Shown here piece by piece: positions 46,057-54,318 of a stretch of 64,000 nucleotides of DNA (position 1 is the stretch's first letter; each line of letters begins with the position of its first letter). The notes under the pieces were generated by a model, which saw only the letters and a program-made list of their open reading frames with translations, did not search any database and had not been told where the DNA came from. The translations under genes and the position numbers were made by a program. Origin of the DNA: Candidatus Saccharibacteria bacterium CPR2 (GTDB taxonomy: Bacteria; Patescibacteriota; Saccharimonadia; Saccharimonadales; QWHN01); contig QWHN01000002.1 in NCBI GenBank assembly GCA_021404905.1, forward strand, positions 77,582 through 141,581, read 5' to 3'.

Positions 46057-48325
46057 CAATGCGTTGAGAGGGAAGTATATAGTTCTCGAGGGTGGTGAAG
46101 GTGTTGGGAAAAGTACCCAGATAGATATGCTTTCTAAAGCCCTTTCGATACTTAATATTCCAAATGTTGTAATGCGCGAGCCTGGTAGCGCTCCTTTTGC
46201 CGTAGAACTTAGAAAAATTTTAAAAACCGGCCCAAAACGCAGTTCTACGGCGAATCTATTCGCATTTAACGCCGCCAGGGCGGAATCTTTATTGGAAATA
46301 TCCAAACACCTGGACCAAGGAACATGGGTCTTAAGTGATCGAAGTTATTTATCAACCATAGCTTATCAGGGACATGCTGAAGGCTTACCCCTGGGCGAAG
46401 TGCGCCAGATATGCGAGCTAGCGGTAAAAGACACTCACCCAGATTTAACGCTAATTCTTGACGCGGATCCAAAAGAATTAGCTGATCGTTTGCGAGATAG
46501 AGATAATCATGATGATTATTTCGAAAGCCTGGGGCTGGATTTTCACAGAAAAGTGCGTAGCGGTTATATCACCGAAGCGAGTAGGTTGGAACTACCCATT
46601 GTAAACGCGCTCAATAACACCCAGCAAGTACATGAAGATATCTGGAAACACGTTTTTAAAATTATTCCCAAATCTACTTTAATGGCCCACAATCCCGACA
46701 TAAAGCCAAGCAAAAAAGACTCGGATGTAAATTATGTTATTAAAGATGAGAATGGTAATTTCCAAATTACCCCTGAAGGCCATCAATATCTAGAGAAAGT
46801 TGTTACTAACACTTCCGACAACGTCTATGCGTTTACGGATGAGCTAAGCAACGTAACAGTTGCTGCCGCTATGGCAAGATTGTCTCGTCGTCAAGACGAT
46901 ATGAGGGTGACGATTTTAGATGAGTTTGTTGGCAGAAAAGGTAAAGATGAAGACCTGCTAAAACGTGTTATTACGGCATACGGTGATGACTCGGTGCAAC
47001 AACTTACCGGAATTCATGTGGTTGTAGAGTCGGCATCAAATCTTCTGACGAAAAAGCTTGAATGGGGCAGACTGGCAGCATACCTCGAGCAATCAACAAG
47101 ATACATTTATTTTGATCAAAAAGACGAACGGGGCAATTTTAAGTACTACACGCCAGTCAATCTCGATGCAAAATTGGCGAAAGAATACGAAGCAAAAATG
47201 AACAAAATTTTTGAAAAATATTCGATTATAGTACATAAGCTTACCGAATTTGTTCGTTCCAGCTCTGACGTCCCCCAAGACGAACGCGATATGGCCTGGA
47301 AGGGCGCTACTAAAGCGCAGGCTTGCGACGCTGCCAGAGGGCTGCTTCCTGTGGCTACCAAGTCTACCGTGGGCATATTCGCGTCCGGCCAGGCAATCGA
47401 GAGCTTAATTATGCACCTTCAAAGTGAAAAATTAGATGAATTTAAAATCACCGGAGATAAAATACTCACAGAGGCTAGAAAAGTAGTTCCTTCTTTTCTC
47501 GAACGAGCCGATAAACCTGACAGGGGCGGAGCGATGATAGCTTACAAGGCAGAAACTTTCGCTAAAGTACGAAAACTTTCCCGAGAATATTTGCCTCAAT
47601 CTCTCAGCCCATCTCCAACACAGGACGCTCTGCTCATAAACTACACACCAAGAAATGAACTTGAGCTTATACCATATATGCTCTACGAGCACAGCAATCT
47701 ATCCATACCAGAGCTTGAACACGAGATATCAAACTGGCCGTATGAACGTAAACTAAAAGTGTTTAAGACATACATTGGCGAACGATTGAACCGTCGCCAC
47801 AAACCAGGGCGAGCTTTTGAGCAAGCGCATTACAGTTGGGATCTTGTTTGCGACTACGGCATATTCCGAGATCTCCAGAGACATAGGATGGTCGACGACT
47901 TAGCCTGGCAGGAACTCACACCGAGATACGGCTATGACATTCCAAAGCTAATTGAGGATGCGAACTTGAGCGAATTATTTGAAGATTGTTTTGATATCAG
48001 CTACCAACTTTACAGCCAAATGCAGGAAGCAGGCTATGAACTTGAGGCTCAATACGCAACGCTACTGGGGCATAGAATGCGCTGGAAAGTTACCTATAAT
48101 GCCAGAGAAGCCTTTCATTTGCACGAACTAAGAACCGCTCCGCAAGGGCACCCTGGTTATCGCAAACTTGTTAAAACCATGCATGACAAAATCGCTGAGA
48201 TCCATCCGCTCACAGCATCAGGCATGAAGTTTATAAATAAGGATGAAGACCCCAAGCTAACCAGACTCGCAGCCGAGCGTTACAGCCAATTTAAATTAAA
48301 AGAGCTTGACAGAAAGACTAAATAG
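46049..48325 (+). CDS. apparent fusion: thymidylate kinase (N-terminal ~205 aa) + long ThyX-type flavin-dependent thymidylate synthase
   Basis: N-terminus KYIVLEGGEGVGKSTQ...DRSYLSTIAYQG (Tmk P-loop and DRY-like). C-terminus FRDLQRHRMVDD...LTPRYG (RHR at 47879-47887) and FHLHELRTAPQGHPGYR (ThyX blocks). One uninterrupted 758-codon frame. Confidence 0.75.
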   Translation: MSDNALRGKYIVLEGGEGVGKSTQIDMLSKALSILNIPNVVMREPGSAPFAVELRKILKTGPKRSSTANLFAFNAARAESLLEISKHLDQGTWVLSDRSYLSTIAYQGHAEGLPLGEVRQICELAVKDTHPDLTLILDADPKELADRLRDRDNHDDYFESLGLDFHRKVRSGYITEASRLELPIVNALNNTQQVHEDIWKHVFKIIPKSTLMAHNPDIKPSKKDSDVNYVIKDENGNFQITPEGHQYLEKVVTNTSDNVYAFTDELSNVTVAAAMARLSRRQDDMRVTILDEFVGRKGKDEDLLKRVITAYGDDSVQQLTGIHVVVESASNLLTKKLEWGRLAAYLEQSTRYIYFDQKDERGNFKYYTPVNLDAKLAKEYEAKMNKIFEKYSIIVHKLTEFVRSSSDVPQDERDMAWKGATKAQACDAARGLLPVATKSTVGIFASGQAIESLIMHLQSEKLDEFKITGDKILTEARKVVPSFLERADKPDRGGAMIAYKAETFAKVRKLSREYLPQSLSPSPTQDALLINYTPRNELELIPYMLYEHSNLSIPELEHEISNWPYERKLKVFKTYIGERLNRRHKPGRAFEQAHYSWDLVCDYGIFRDLQRHRMVDDLAWQELTPRYGYDIPKLIEDANLSELFEDCFDISYQLYSQMQEAGYELEAQYATLLGHRMRWKVTYNAREAFHLHELRTAPQGHPGYRKLVKTMHDKIAEIHPLTASGMKFINKDEDPKLTRLAAERYSQFKLKELDRKTK

Positions 48326-48456
48326 AGTAATATATCCTGGTATGTTAAAAATCCATAACTACATGCTTTTTGAGGTGATTATTTTTAGCCTACTAGTGAG
48401 GCCTTGCATGGAGTTTGGAAAAGTTAACTAAATAAATAGAAATCATCAAAACTAAA

Positions 48457-48485
48457 ACCGGACTCCACGCAGGGGTCCGGTTTTT
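48457..48485 (+). terminator. rho-independent terminator
   Basis: ACCGGACTCC-acgca-GGGGTCCGGT stem (10 bp, one G-U) followed by TTTTT. Confidence 0.8.
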
Positions 48486-48508
48486 CGTTAAGACCCATTT
48501 AACCAATT

Positions 48509-49750
48509 ATGAATAGAGTTGAACAACAAATATATCCCGAACAACAAGTGGCAAACACTGACAGCTTTCAGATATCAGTGGATGATTCTATGACTTTGCC
48601 GGAACTAAGGGATATGGATGAAAAATTCGCAGTTTTCAGAACCAGCCACGTTGGCAACCATTACCCTGCGAACCTCGCTTGGTATGGACTAGGGGGAAGA
48701 ACATACACATATGACCGCACCATCAACGGTGTAGATAACAATTACCATCCCGACATGTTAATAAAGAACAACGCCGCACAAAGGTTATATGGTTCCTCGG
48801 ACCAAGAAGTTGGTATTCTGACAACACACGCTCGTATTGAGAATATTTTGCAAGATTCTCCCGTAGAAATTCGCTTGGGAATGTTGGCGCTTCAATTACA
48901 CACCGAGTCGTTACAATCGGCTTTTCCATACACAATTATCAAAACACACTCTGATCACATACGAGACAATCAGGACGTAATTGATGAAACCATAACATTA
49001 CTGCACAATGCAGGCTACAGTGATCAATACAGACGCTGCGTTAATGAATTTGGTGAAGTTAGCGATATAGCGAACCCCGAGGAAGCCATCCGTAAACAAG
49101 GTATTTACTCAGTTAATGGACGTGATGAAACCGGAGTTTTAATGTCCAACGAGCACAATTTTATCATCTATGGTATTACCGAGGCTCTGCGAACAGGCAA
49201 CGGAACTATGTACCATCTTTCAGGTCCAGACATGGTAAAGTACGCGTCGTCGCTATCCGACAGATTAGGCCAGCAATATACCTATCTTCGTGAGAAGGCC
49301 AGTTTTGGTAAAGATTTGCCTGAAAAAATAGATATGCGAATAGTGCCTACTGCGGGAGCTCGTTTTGTTGTACGCGCTGCCCTGAAAGATCAACTGGACG
49401 CATTGGTAGATACTTATGAGACGCATAGTATTGAAGAGGAAATTGCTCAAGAACAAGCACGTGCCGTATTTACTGATCCTGATCTCTCCGAAGAAGAAAA
49501 AAAATTATACGCAAAAAGAAGTAGAGAGGAAAAACAAGTCCGCATACTTGAGTTCGATAGCTTAATCCAGGCCAATGCCGATATATTTACCGGGATCCAA
49601 AATGCAAATTTCGTTTCGCATTATGATCATCTGAAAGAAGATGGCGTATATGTGCACCCGGTCATATATGAAAAACCGCTTAGTAAACTAAACGCCATGT
49701 ATGACACACTCGCCAAACGCGCAAAAAAATTGTTGAAAAATAGAGAATAA
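48509..49750 (+). CDS. hypothetical protein, 413 aa, no family recognised
   Basis: Long clean ORF and the first gene of a tightly packed three-gene unit. No signal peptide, TM helix or catalytic motif that I can name. Confidence 0.7.
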   Translation: MNRVEQQIYPEQQVANTDSFQISVDDSMTLPELRDMDEKFAVFRTSHVGNHYPANLAWYGLGGRTYTYDRTINGVDNNYHPDMLIKNNAAQRLYGSSDQEVGILTTHARIENILQDSPVEIRLGMLALQLHTESLQSAFPYTIIKTHSDHIRDNQDVIDETITLLHNAGYSDQYRRCVNEFGEVSDIANPEEAIRKQGIYSVNGRDETGVLMSNEHNFIIYGITEALRTGNGTMYHLSGPDMVKYASSLSDRLGQQYTYLREKASFGKDLPEKIDMRIVPTAGARFVVRAALKDQLDALVDTYETHSIEEEIAQEQARAVFTDPDLSEEEKKLYAKRSREEKQVRILEFDSLIQANADIFTGIQNANFVSHYDHLKEDGVYVHPVIYEKPLSKLNAMYDTLAKRAKKLLKNRE

Positions 49751-49753
49751 AAA

Positions 49754-50542
49754 ATGAGCCAACAAAACGCTGTATTTCAAAAAAAATTCATTAATACTTT
49801 CGAGGAACTCAAAAAAATACCCGTTCGCGAAAGATGGCAATATTATTTGGCCAGGTCTTTACTTTCTCAAAAAAAGGGATTCATTTTACAGAACGAAGCA
49901 CTCGTTACTCGAAAAGAGATTGAAGCCGGCGGCGTTCTTTGCCAGCCTTTTTGGGAAGATTCCACATTAAATATTGACAGCGAGGGCAGGGCATTTAGCC
50001 GCTACCGCTCTCTTCATAAAGATTTTGACATTATGCTGCGCAAAACTGCTTTTGAAAAGCTGCTGCGCGCTAATGAGCTATTACCAAACCATATAAAAAT
50101 AGTTTTAAAAGCTTCACTTCGGCCAATTTCCGTACAGCAAGAAGTTTTTGATGAAGAATTTAAAAATGCCAAAATTAAATTTCCTGATAAAAGCTACGAT
50201 GAAATTTACAATTATACGCTTCAGTTCGTAACAGACCCGAAAGTCAACATTCCGCCTCATGCAACTGGAGGAGCTATTGACATTGTGCTTTATGATACAA
50301 AAGCTAAAAGCTATCTTGACATGGGTAATCCGGTGAATAGTATAGACGATCTTTCCTGGACATCGAATTTTATAGGATTAACAGATGCTCAAATCTCAAA
50401 TCGAAAGCTAATAACAACTACAATGCTTGAAGCTGGTTTTGCCAGTTTAGCTTCCGAATGGTGGCATTACAGCTACGGTGATCAACGCTGGGCAGTATAT
50501 TATGATCAATCGCAAGCATCATATGGAGCCGCAAATGTTTAG
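49754..50542 (+). CDS. D-alanyl-D-alanine dipeptidase-like (VanX/DdpX, peptidase M15D)
   Basis: PPHATGGAIDIVLYD and SEWWHYSYGD correspond to the VanX zinc-ligand/catalytic blocks (SxHxxGxAxD ... EWWH). Confidence 0.8.
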   Translation: MSQQNAVFQKKFINTFEELKKIPVRERWQYYLARSLLSQKKGFILQNEALVTRKEIEAGGVLCQPFWEDSTLNIDSEGRAFSRYRSLHKDFDIMLRKTAFEKLLRANELLPNHIKIVLKASLRPISVQQEVFDEEFKNAKIKFPDKSYDEIYNYTLQFVTDPKVNIPPHATGGAIDIVLYDTKAKSYLDMGNPVNSIDDLSWTSNFIGLTDAQISNRKLITTTMLEAGFASLASEWWHYSYGDQRWAVYYDQSQASYGAANV

Positions 50543-51320
50543 TTTTAAGAAAGAAACAATAGTTGGCATAGTCGGCGGAATGGGTCCAGCCGCGAGTAAT
50601 AAACTTCTGGAACTAATAACTGATAACACTAATGTGCATTCCGATCAGGAACATATAAAGTTGCTTATGTTTAGCAATCCGCAAATTCCTGACAGAAGTG
50701 CATATTTGTTGGAAAATCAAGAAAATCCTAGCAACGAAATAATTAAAAGTATAAAAAAACTCAAGAAAGCTGGAGCAACTCACGCAGCGCTTGCGTGCAA
50801 TACTGCACATGCGCCAAAAATTTTTAATAAAGTATTGTGTCGCAGCCCTATCCCAATAATTAACATGGTTGAGTTAACAGTTGAAAAACTACGCAAACAA
50901 CATGGCGATTTGAAAACTAAAGTTTGTGTGCTTGGGACAACGGGAACTATTAAATCTGAAATTTATGATTGTTACCTAAAGCAGTTCAATTTCCAACCCG
51001 TGAAGCTTTCATCTGATGATCAGGATTCAATAATGAGAACCATATATGAAATTAAGCGAACTGGTGTTATGAGGATTCATGAAAAGACGCTTGAAGATAT
51101 CATGAAACGCGTTCAAGCTAATGAAAATTGTGACAACTTTATTTTGGGATGCACGGAACTTAGTTTGCTCAATATATCTCAACCCATTCAAATAATAGAT
51201 CCGCTCAGGATATTAGCTGAAGATATCGTCTATCTTTCACGCGCCAAAGAAAAGAAGCAACCACATAAACGTGTAGCTCGACTTTTTTCTTCAGTTATGA
51301 GAGAGAAGATAGTTCGATAG
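50535..51320 (+). CDS. aspartate/glutamate racemase family protein
   Basis: ORF 50478..51320 trimmed to ATG 50535 (GGAG upstream, 8-nt overlap with the previous gene). GIVGGMGPAAS, LACNTAHA and LGCTELS (two catalytic Cys). Confidence 0.85.
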   Translation: MFSFKKETIVGIVGGMGPAASNKLLELITDNTNVHSDQEHIKLLMFSNPQIPDRSAYLLENQENPSNEIIKSIKKLKKAGATHAALACNTAHAPKIFNKVLCRSPIPIINMVELTVEKLRKQHGDLKTKVCVLGTTGTIKSEIYDCYLKQFNFQPVKLSSDDQDSIMRTIYEIKRTGVMRIHEKTLEDIMKRVQANENCDNFILGCTELSLLNISQPIQIIDPLRILAEDIVYLSRAKEKKQPHKRVARLFSSVMREKIVR

Positions 51321-51339
51321 GCATAGAGATTTTCTAGGT

Positions 51340-51492
51340 CTATTCTCCAGTTTTGCGCTCTTCCTTGTCCGCATACATTCTTTGATCAGCTTCGCGTAAG
51401 ATTTTTGATAATCCTCCGTCGGGGCTATTAAGATCTTCTGGAGTCAACTCGGAAAAATTAGCCCCACCAAAACATTGCAAAGGTTTTGAGTT
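51340..51492 (-). pseudogene. orphan GGDEF-domain C-terminal fragment, in frame directly behind the stop of the cyclase gene
   Basis: The hand-translated minus strand reads NSKPLQCFGGANFSELTPEDLNSPDGGLSKILREADQRMYADKEERKTGE*. Its xADxxMYxxK ending parallels the ISEADDMMQYHKTKRKEE ending of the intact gene. Confidence 0.55.
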
Positions 51493-52254
51493 TTATACAT
51501 CCTTATTCTGTTCTTCTTTACGCTTTGTTTTGTGATATTGCATCATATCATCAGCTTCGCTTATACAGCCTTTTAACGTCTCGCCGGATTTTTTTACTGC
51601 GAATCCCATAGATACACCGGGTTGAAAGTACCTTGGATCTTTCCCGGACTCTATTATTCCCCGTCTAACTTCTTCCAGCTCGGAAAATTCCTCGACATCC
51701 ACCGCCTTCTCATACCTTTCAAAAACAACATTTATCGTATCTTCATCAACCCCAAGCAAAACAACCAAAAATTCGTCTCCCCCGTATCGCGCAACTATAT
51801 CGCCTTGACGAGTGACCTCCGCAATTTTTTGAGCGACAGTCCGCAAGTAAGCGTCGCCGTGTTTTGACCCGCATTTTTTATTCAATATCCCTAAGCTGTC
51901 AACGTCTATAAAAATAATTGAGACGGCATCACCGGTTCTACTTCCGGATTCAAGCGGATATACGCTTTCCAGGCGGGATAATTCGTATTGCCTGAAGTAC
52001 TGGTTTGACATAACACCGGTAGTCGGATCTATGGATGCCTCTTCAAGAATCATTTCTTGCATCTTTACTAGAGCGGTCGTTATCGCATGAACTCCTTCAG
52101 GACCTTCATTCTCTACTAAATGCTTAATGAATTTTTTCCTAGCTTCTGGTTCTAATTTGGTAAATTCATCCGCTAGCACCTGTAAGGCACCCTCAACACT
52201 TATGGCTTCTAATGCCTCTTCTTCTGCCGCGTTTTTTTCAGGAATATCGAGCAT
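51493..52254 (-). CDS. diguanylate cyclase (GGDEF domain with RxxD I-site)
   Basis: RQGDIVARYGGDEFLVVL, DPTTGVMSNQYF and ~85-aa acidic N-terminal region. Confidence 0.9.
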   Translation of the reverse strand: MLDIPEKNAAEEEALEAISVEGALQVLADEFTKLEPEARKKFIKHLVENEGPEGVHAITTALVKMQEMILEEASIDPTTGVMSNQYFRQYELSRLESVYPLESGSRTGDAVSIIFIDVDSLGILNKKCGSKHGDAYLRTVAQKIAEVTRQGDIVARYGGDEFLVVLLGVDEDTINVVFERYEKAVDVEEFSELEEVRRGIIESGKDPRYFQPGVSMGFAVKKSGETLKGCISEADDMMQYHKTKRKEEQNKDV

Positions 52255-52302
52255 GTTAAGTATAGTAAGCCATTACCTAATACACGGCAACTTAATTTAC
52301 CG

Positions 52303-52331
52303 TTGACGGAGTTAAGCATGTCGTGTACACT
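52303..52331 (+). promoter_or_regulatory. promoter TTGACG-17-TACACT for rplJL
   Basis: Hexamers at 52303-52308 and 52326-52331. Confidence 0.5.
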
Positions 52332-52534
52332 TTTTTGGACATTGCCAAAGACCGTAGCTGTCGCCAAAGCGACTTAATCTGCTACCGAGGAATGCATCAG
52401 CTGTTTGTTGTGTAGTAAATAGAATTCGGTCGTTGGCATTGCGAGAACCAAGGACCGTTTTTTTATTTTGGTCACATGGTTTCAAATCAGAACATTAAAA
52501 ATTGAGTTAATTTGTTTAAATAAAGGAGTAATAC
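52332..52534 (+). promoter_or_regulatory. ribosomal protein L10 (rplJ) leader with terminator-type attenuator
   Basis: Nested helices GTAGC/GCTAC around GTCGC-caaa-GCGAC (52354-52385). Attenuator hairpin at 52427-52457 plus T7 (52458-52464). Position and architecture match L10-leader class elements. Confidence 0.6.
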
Positions 52535-53065
52535 ATGGCAATTAGCAAAGATAAGAAACAAGAGATTGTCAGCGATCTAAGCGATCTATTCTCCTCGTCT
52601 AAAATGACTGTTTTTGCTCAGTATAAAGGTGTAAGCGTAAAAGAACTTCAGGAACTTAGGAAATCCGCGAAAGAAGGCTCAACCTTTTTAAGAGTTAGCA
52701 AAAACAGACTGGTTAAACTTGCTCTAAAGGATGTCGACAACCTAAAAGACACTGAAGCGGATATCTTGAGCGGACAGTTGCTCTATGCGTTTAACGCCGA
52801 AGATGAAGTAGCTCCGGCGCAAACATTGGCGCAGTTCGCAAAGAATCATCCCAACTTAATGTTAAGGGGCGCGATCGATAGCCATGGGGTAGTTTTAGAC
52901 GAGCAGGCAGTTAAACAACTTGCGGACCTCCCAACTAAGGATCAACTCAGGGCTCAGGTTGTCGGCACTATCGCGGCACCGCTTAGCAGCTTCGTCCAAG
53001 TTCTTTCTGGTAACTTGCGCGGGTTCATAACGGTCTTAAACGCAAGAGCGGAAAAAATTCAATAA
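52535..53065 (+). CDS. rplJ: 50S ribosomal protein L10
   Basis: The N-terminus KDKKQEIVSDLSDLFSSSKMTVFAQYKGVSVKELQELRK is typical L10. Followed by rplL. Confidence 0.96.
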   Translation: MAISKDKKQEIVSDLSDLFSSSKMTVFAQYKGVSVKELQELRKSAKEGSTFLRVSKNRLVKLALKDVDNLKDTEADILSGQLLYAFNAEDEVAPAQTLAQFAKNHPNLMLRGAIDSHGVVLDEQAVKQLADLPTKDQLRAQVVGTIAAPLSSFVQVLSGNLRGFITVLNARAEKIQ

Positions 53066-53089
53066 AATTTAATCTATAAGGAGAAACTA

Positions 53090-53521
53090 ATGTCTGAAGA
53101 AGATAAGAAAGTTAAAGAAGAAAAAACCCAAATTCCAAAAAAATTTGAAAAATTAGTTAAAGAAATTGAATCCTTAAGCGCGCTCGAACTTAGCGAGCTC
53201 GTAAAAGTTCTTGAAGACCACTTTGGCGTTTCCGCAGCCGCACCCGTAGCCGTAGCAGCTCCCGCAGCCAACGGCGGCGCGGATGCAGGCGACGGCGCAG
53301 CTGAAGCTAAAAGCGAGTTTGATTTGGTTCTTAAGGACGCAGGCGCTCAAAAAGTTGCCGTTATCAAGGCTGTCAAAGAAATTACCGGCCTTGGACTAGG
53401 CGAGAGCAAAGCAATCGTTGATGGCGCGCCAAAGACAGTTAAAGAATCAATGAGCAAGGATGAAGCTGAAGCTGCCAAGAAAAAACTTGAAGAAGCTGGC
53501 GCTACAGTCGAATTGAGCTAA
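53090..53521 (+). CDS. rplL: 50S ribosomal protein L7/L12
   Basis: Ala-rich hinge, then [43 protein letters not shown]. Confidence 0.97.
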   Translation: MSEEDKKVKEEKTQIPKKFEKLVKEIESLSALELSELVKVLEDHFGVSAAAPVAVAAPAANGGADAGDGAAEAKSEFDLVLKDAGAQKVAVIKAVKEITGLGLGESKAIVDGAPKTVKESMSKDEAEAAKKKLEEAGATVELS

Positions 53522-53545
53522 TTAGAAAGCTTCAACATACACAAA

Positions 53546-53577
53546 AAGTCTTCTCGTAAAACACGGGGAGGCTTTTT
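53546..53577 (+). terminator. rho-independent terminator after rplL
   Basis: 11-bp stem AAGTCTTCTCG/CGGGGAGGCTT (three G-U pairs), loop taaaaca, T-run. Confidence 0.6.
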
Positions 53578-53626
53578 GATTTATGAGGATATTATTGCTA
53601 CCTGTGGGTAAATATGGTTAAAACTT

Positions 53627-53655
53627 TTGACCTTGGCACTATTTGATGATACTCT
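53627..53655 (+). promoter_or_regulatory. promoter TTGACC-17-TACTCT flanked by a ~25-nt direct repeat
   Basis: Hexamers at 53627-53632 and 53650-53655. The repeats CCTGTG..GGTAAA..GGT.TAAAA lie at 53601-53623 and 53659-53687. Confidence 0.45.
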
Positions 53656-53724
53656 AGCCCTGTGTAGGTAAAGTAAGGTGTTAAAAAGATAAAGTTACAT
53701 AAAAAAACACCAGGAGAAACTAAA

Positions 53725-54234
53725 ATGTCAGAACTTCCCGAAAAACAAATCAAAAGACTTAAATCTCTTATTCAGGATGCAGAAACATCTTTAGGCGCAG
53801 CAAAAGAGCTGCTAATTAGCTTAGTCGGAGAGGATCCGGTAGTTACAGAAGCTGCTATTGAAGAAAATGCGGGCAAAATAATTGAAGGCGTATTTGACGG
53901 TCAGGCTATGGTTGGGCCAGACGGGAAAAACTATCCAGTTCCAGCCAATTACGCGTCAAAATCAAAACTTGTTCAAGGAGATATTCTTAAACTGACTATC
54001 GCTGATGACGGAGGTTTTATTTACAAGCAAATCGGTCCTGTACCACGCAAACAGTTGATTGGCACCCTAGTCCAAAAAGAAGGCAATTTTTATGTTGAGG
54101 CAAACGCAAGGGAATATAGAGTTCTGCTCGCAAGCGTAACATACTTCAAAGCAAAGCCGGGAGATCAAATCAGTATTATTATCCCCGAAGATGGCGATGA
54201 GGTTGAGTGGGCGGCGATAGAAGCCTCACTGTAA
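53725..54234 (+). CDS. hypothetical protein (169 aa), N-terminal helix plus beta-rich C-terminal domain
   Basis: AGGAG SD upstream. No family recognised. Confidence 0.65.
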   Translation: MSELPEKQIKRLKSLIQDAETSLGAAKELLISLVGEDPVVTEAAIEENAGKIIEGVFDGQAMVGPDGKNYPVPANYASKSKLVQGDILKLTIADDGGFIYKQIGPVPRKQLIGTLVQKEGNFYVEANAREYRVLLASVTYFKAKPGDQISIIIPEDGDEVEWAAIEASL

Positions 54235-54318
54235 TTTTTTAAGCATATTAATGACGACTAACTGGTACTAGTTTGGTTGTTTGAGTTATACTATTAACTG
54301 CTTACTTAGGGGGATATT

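Noticed and set aside
48342-48431. 29-aa hydrophobic ORF (MLKIHNYMLFEVIIFSLLVRPCMEFGKVN) in the tmk::thyX 3' region.
   Set aside because: It has no SD and no promoter, and it sits between a stop codon and the operon terminator. It is most simply a 3' UTR, and it cannot be supported from sequence alone.
51493-51495. Programmed read-through or recoding of the TAA that separates the cyclase from the in-frame GGDEF tail.
   Set aside because: Read-through would give a protein with two consecutive copies of the same terminal secondary-structure elements. TAA is used as a normal stop throughout the window. A relic explanation is preferred.
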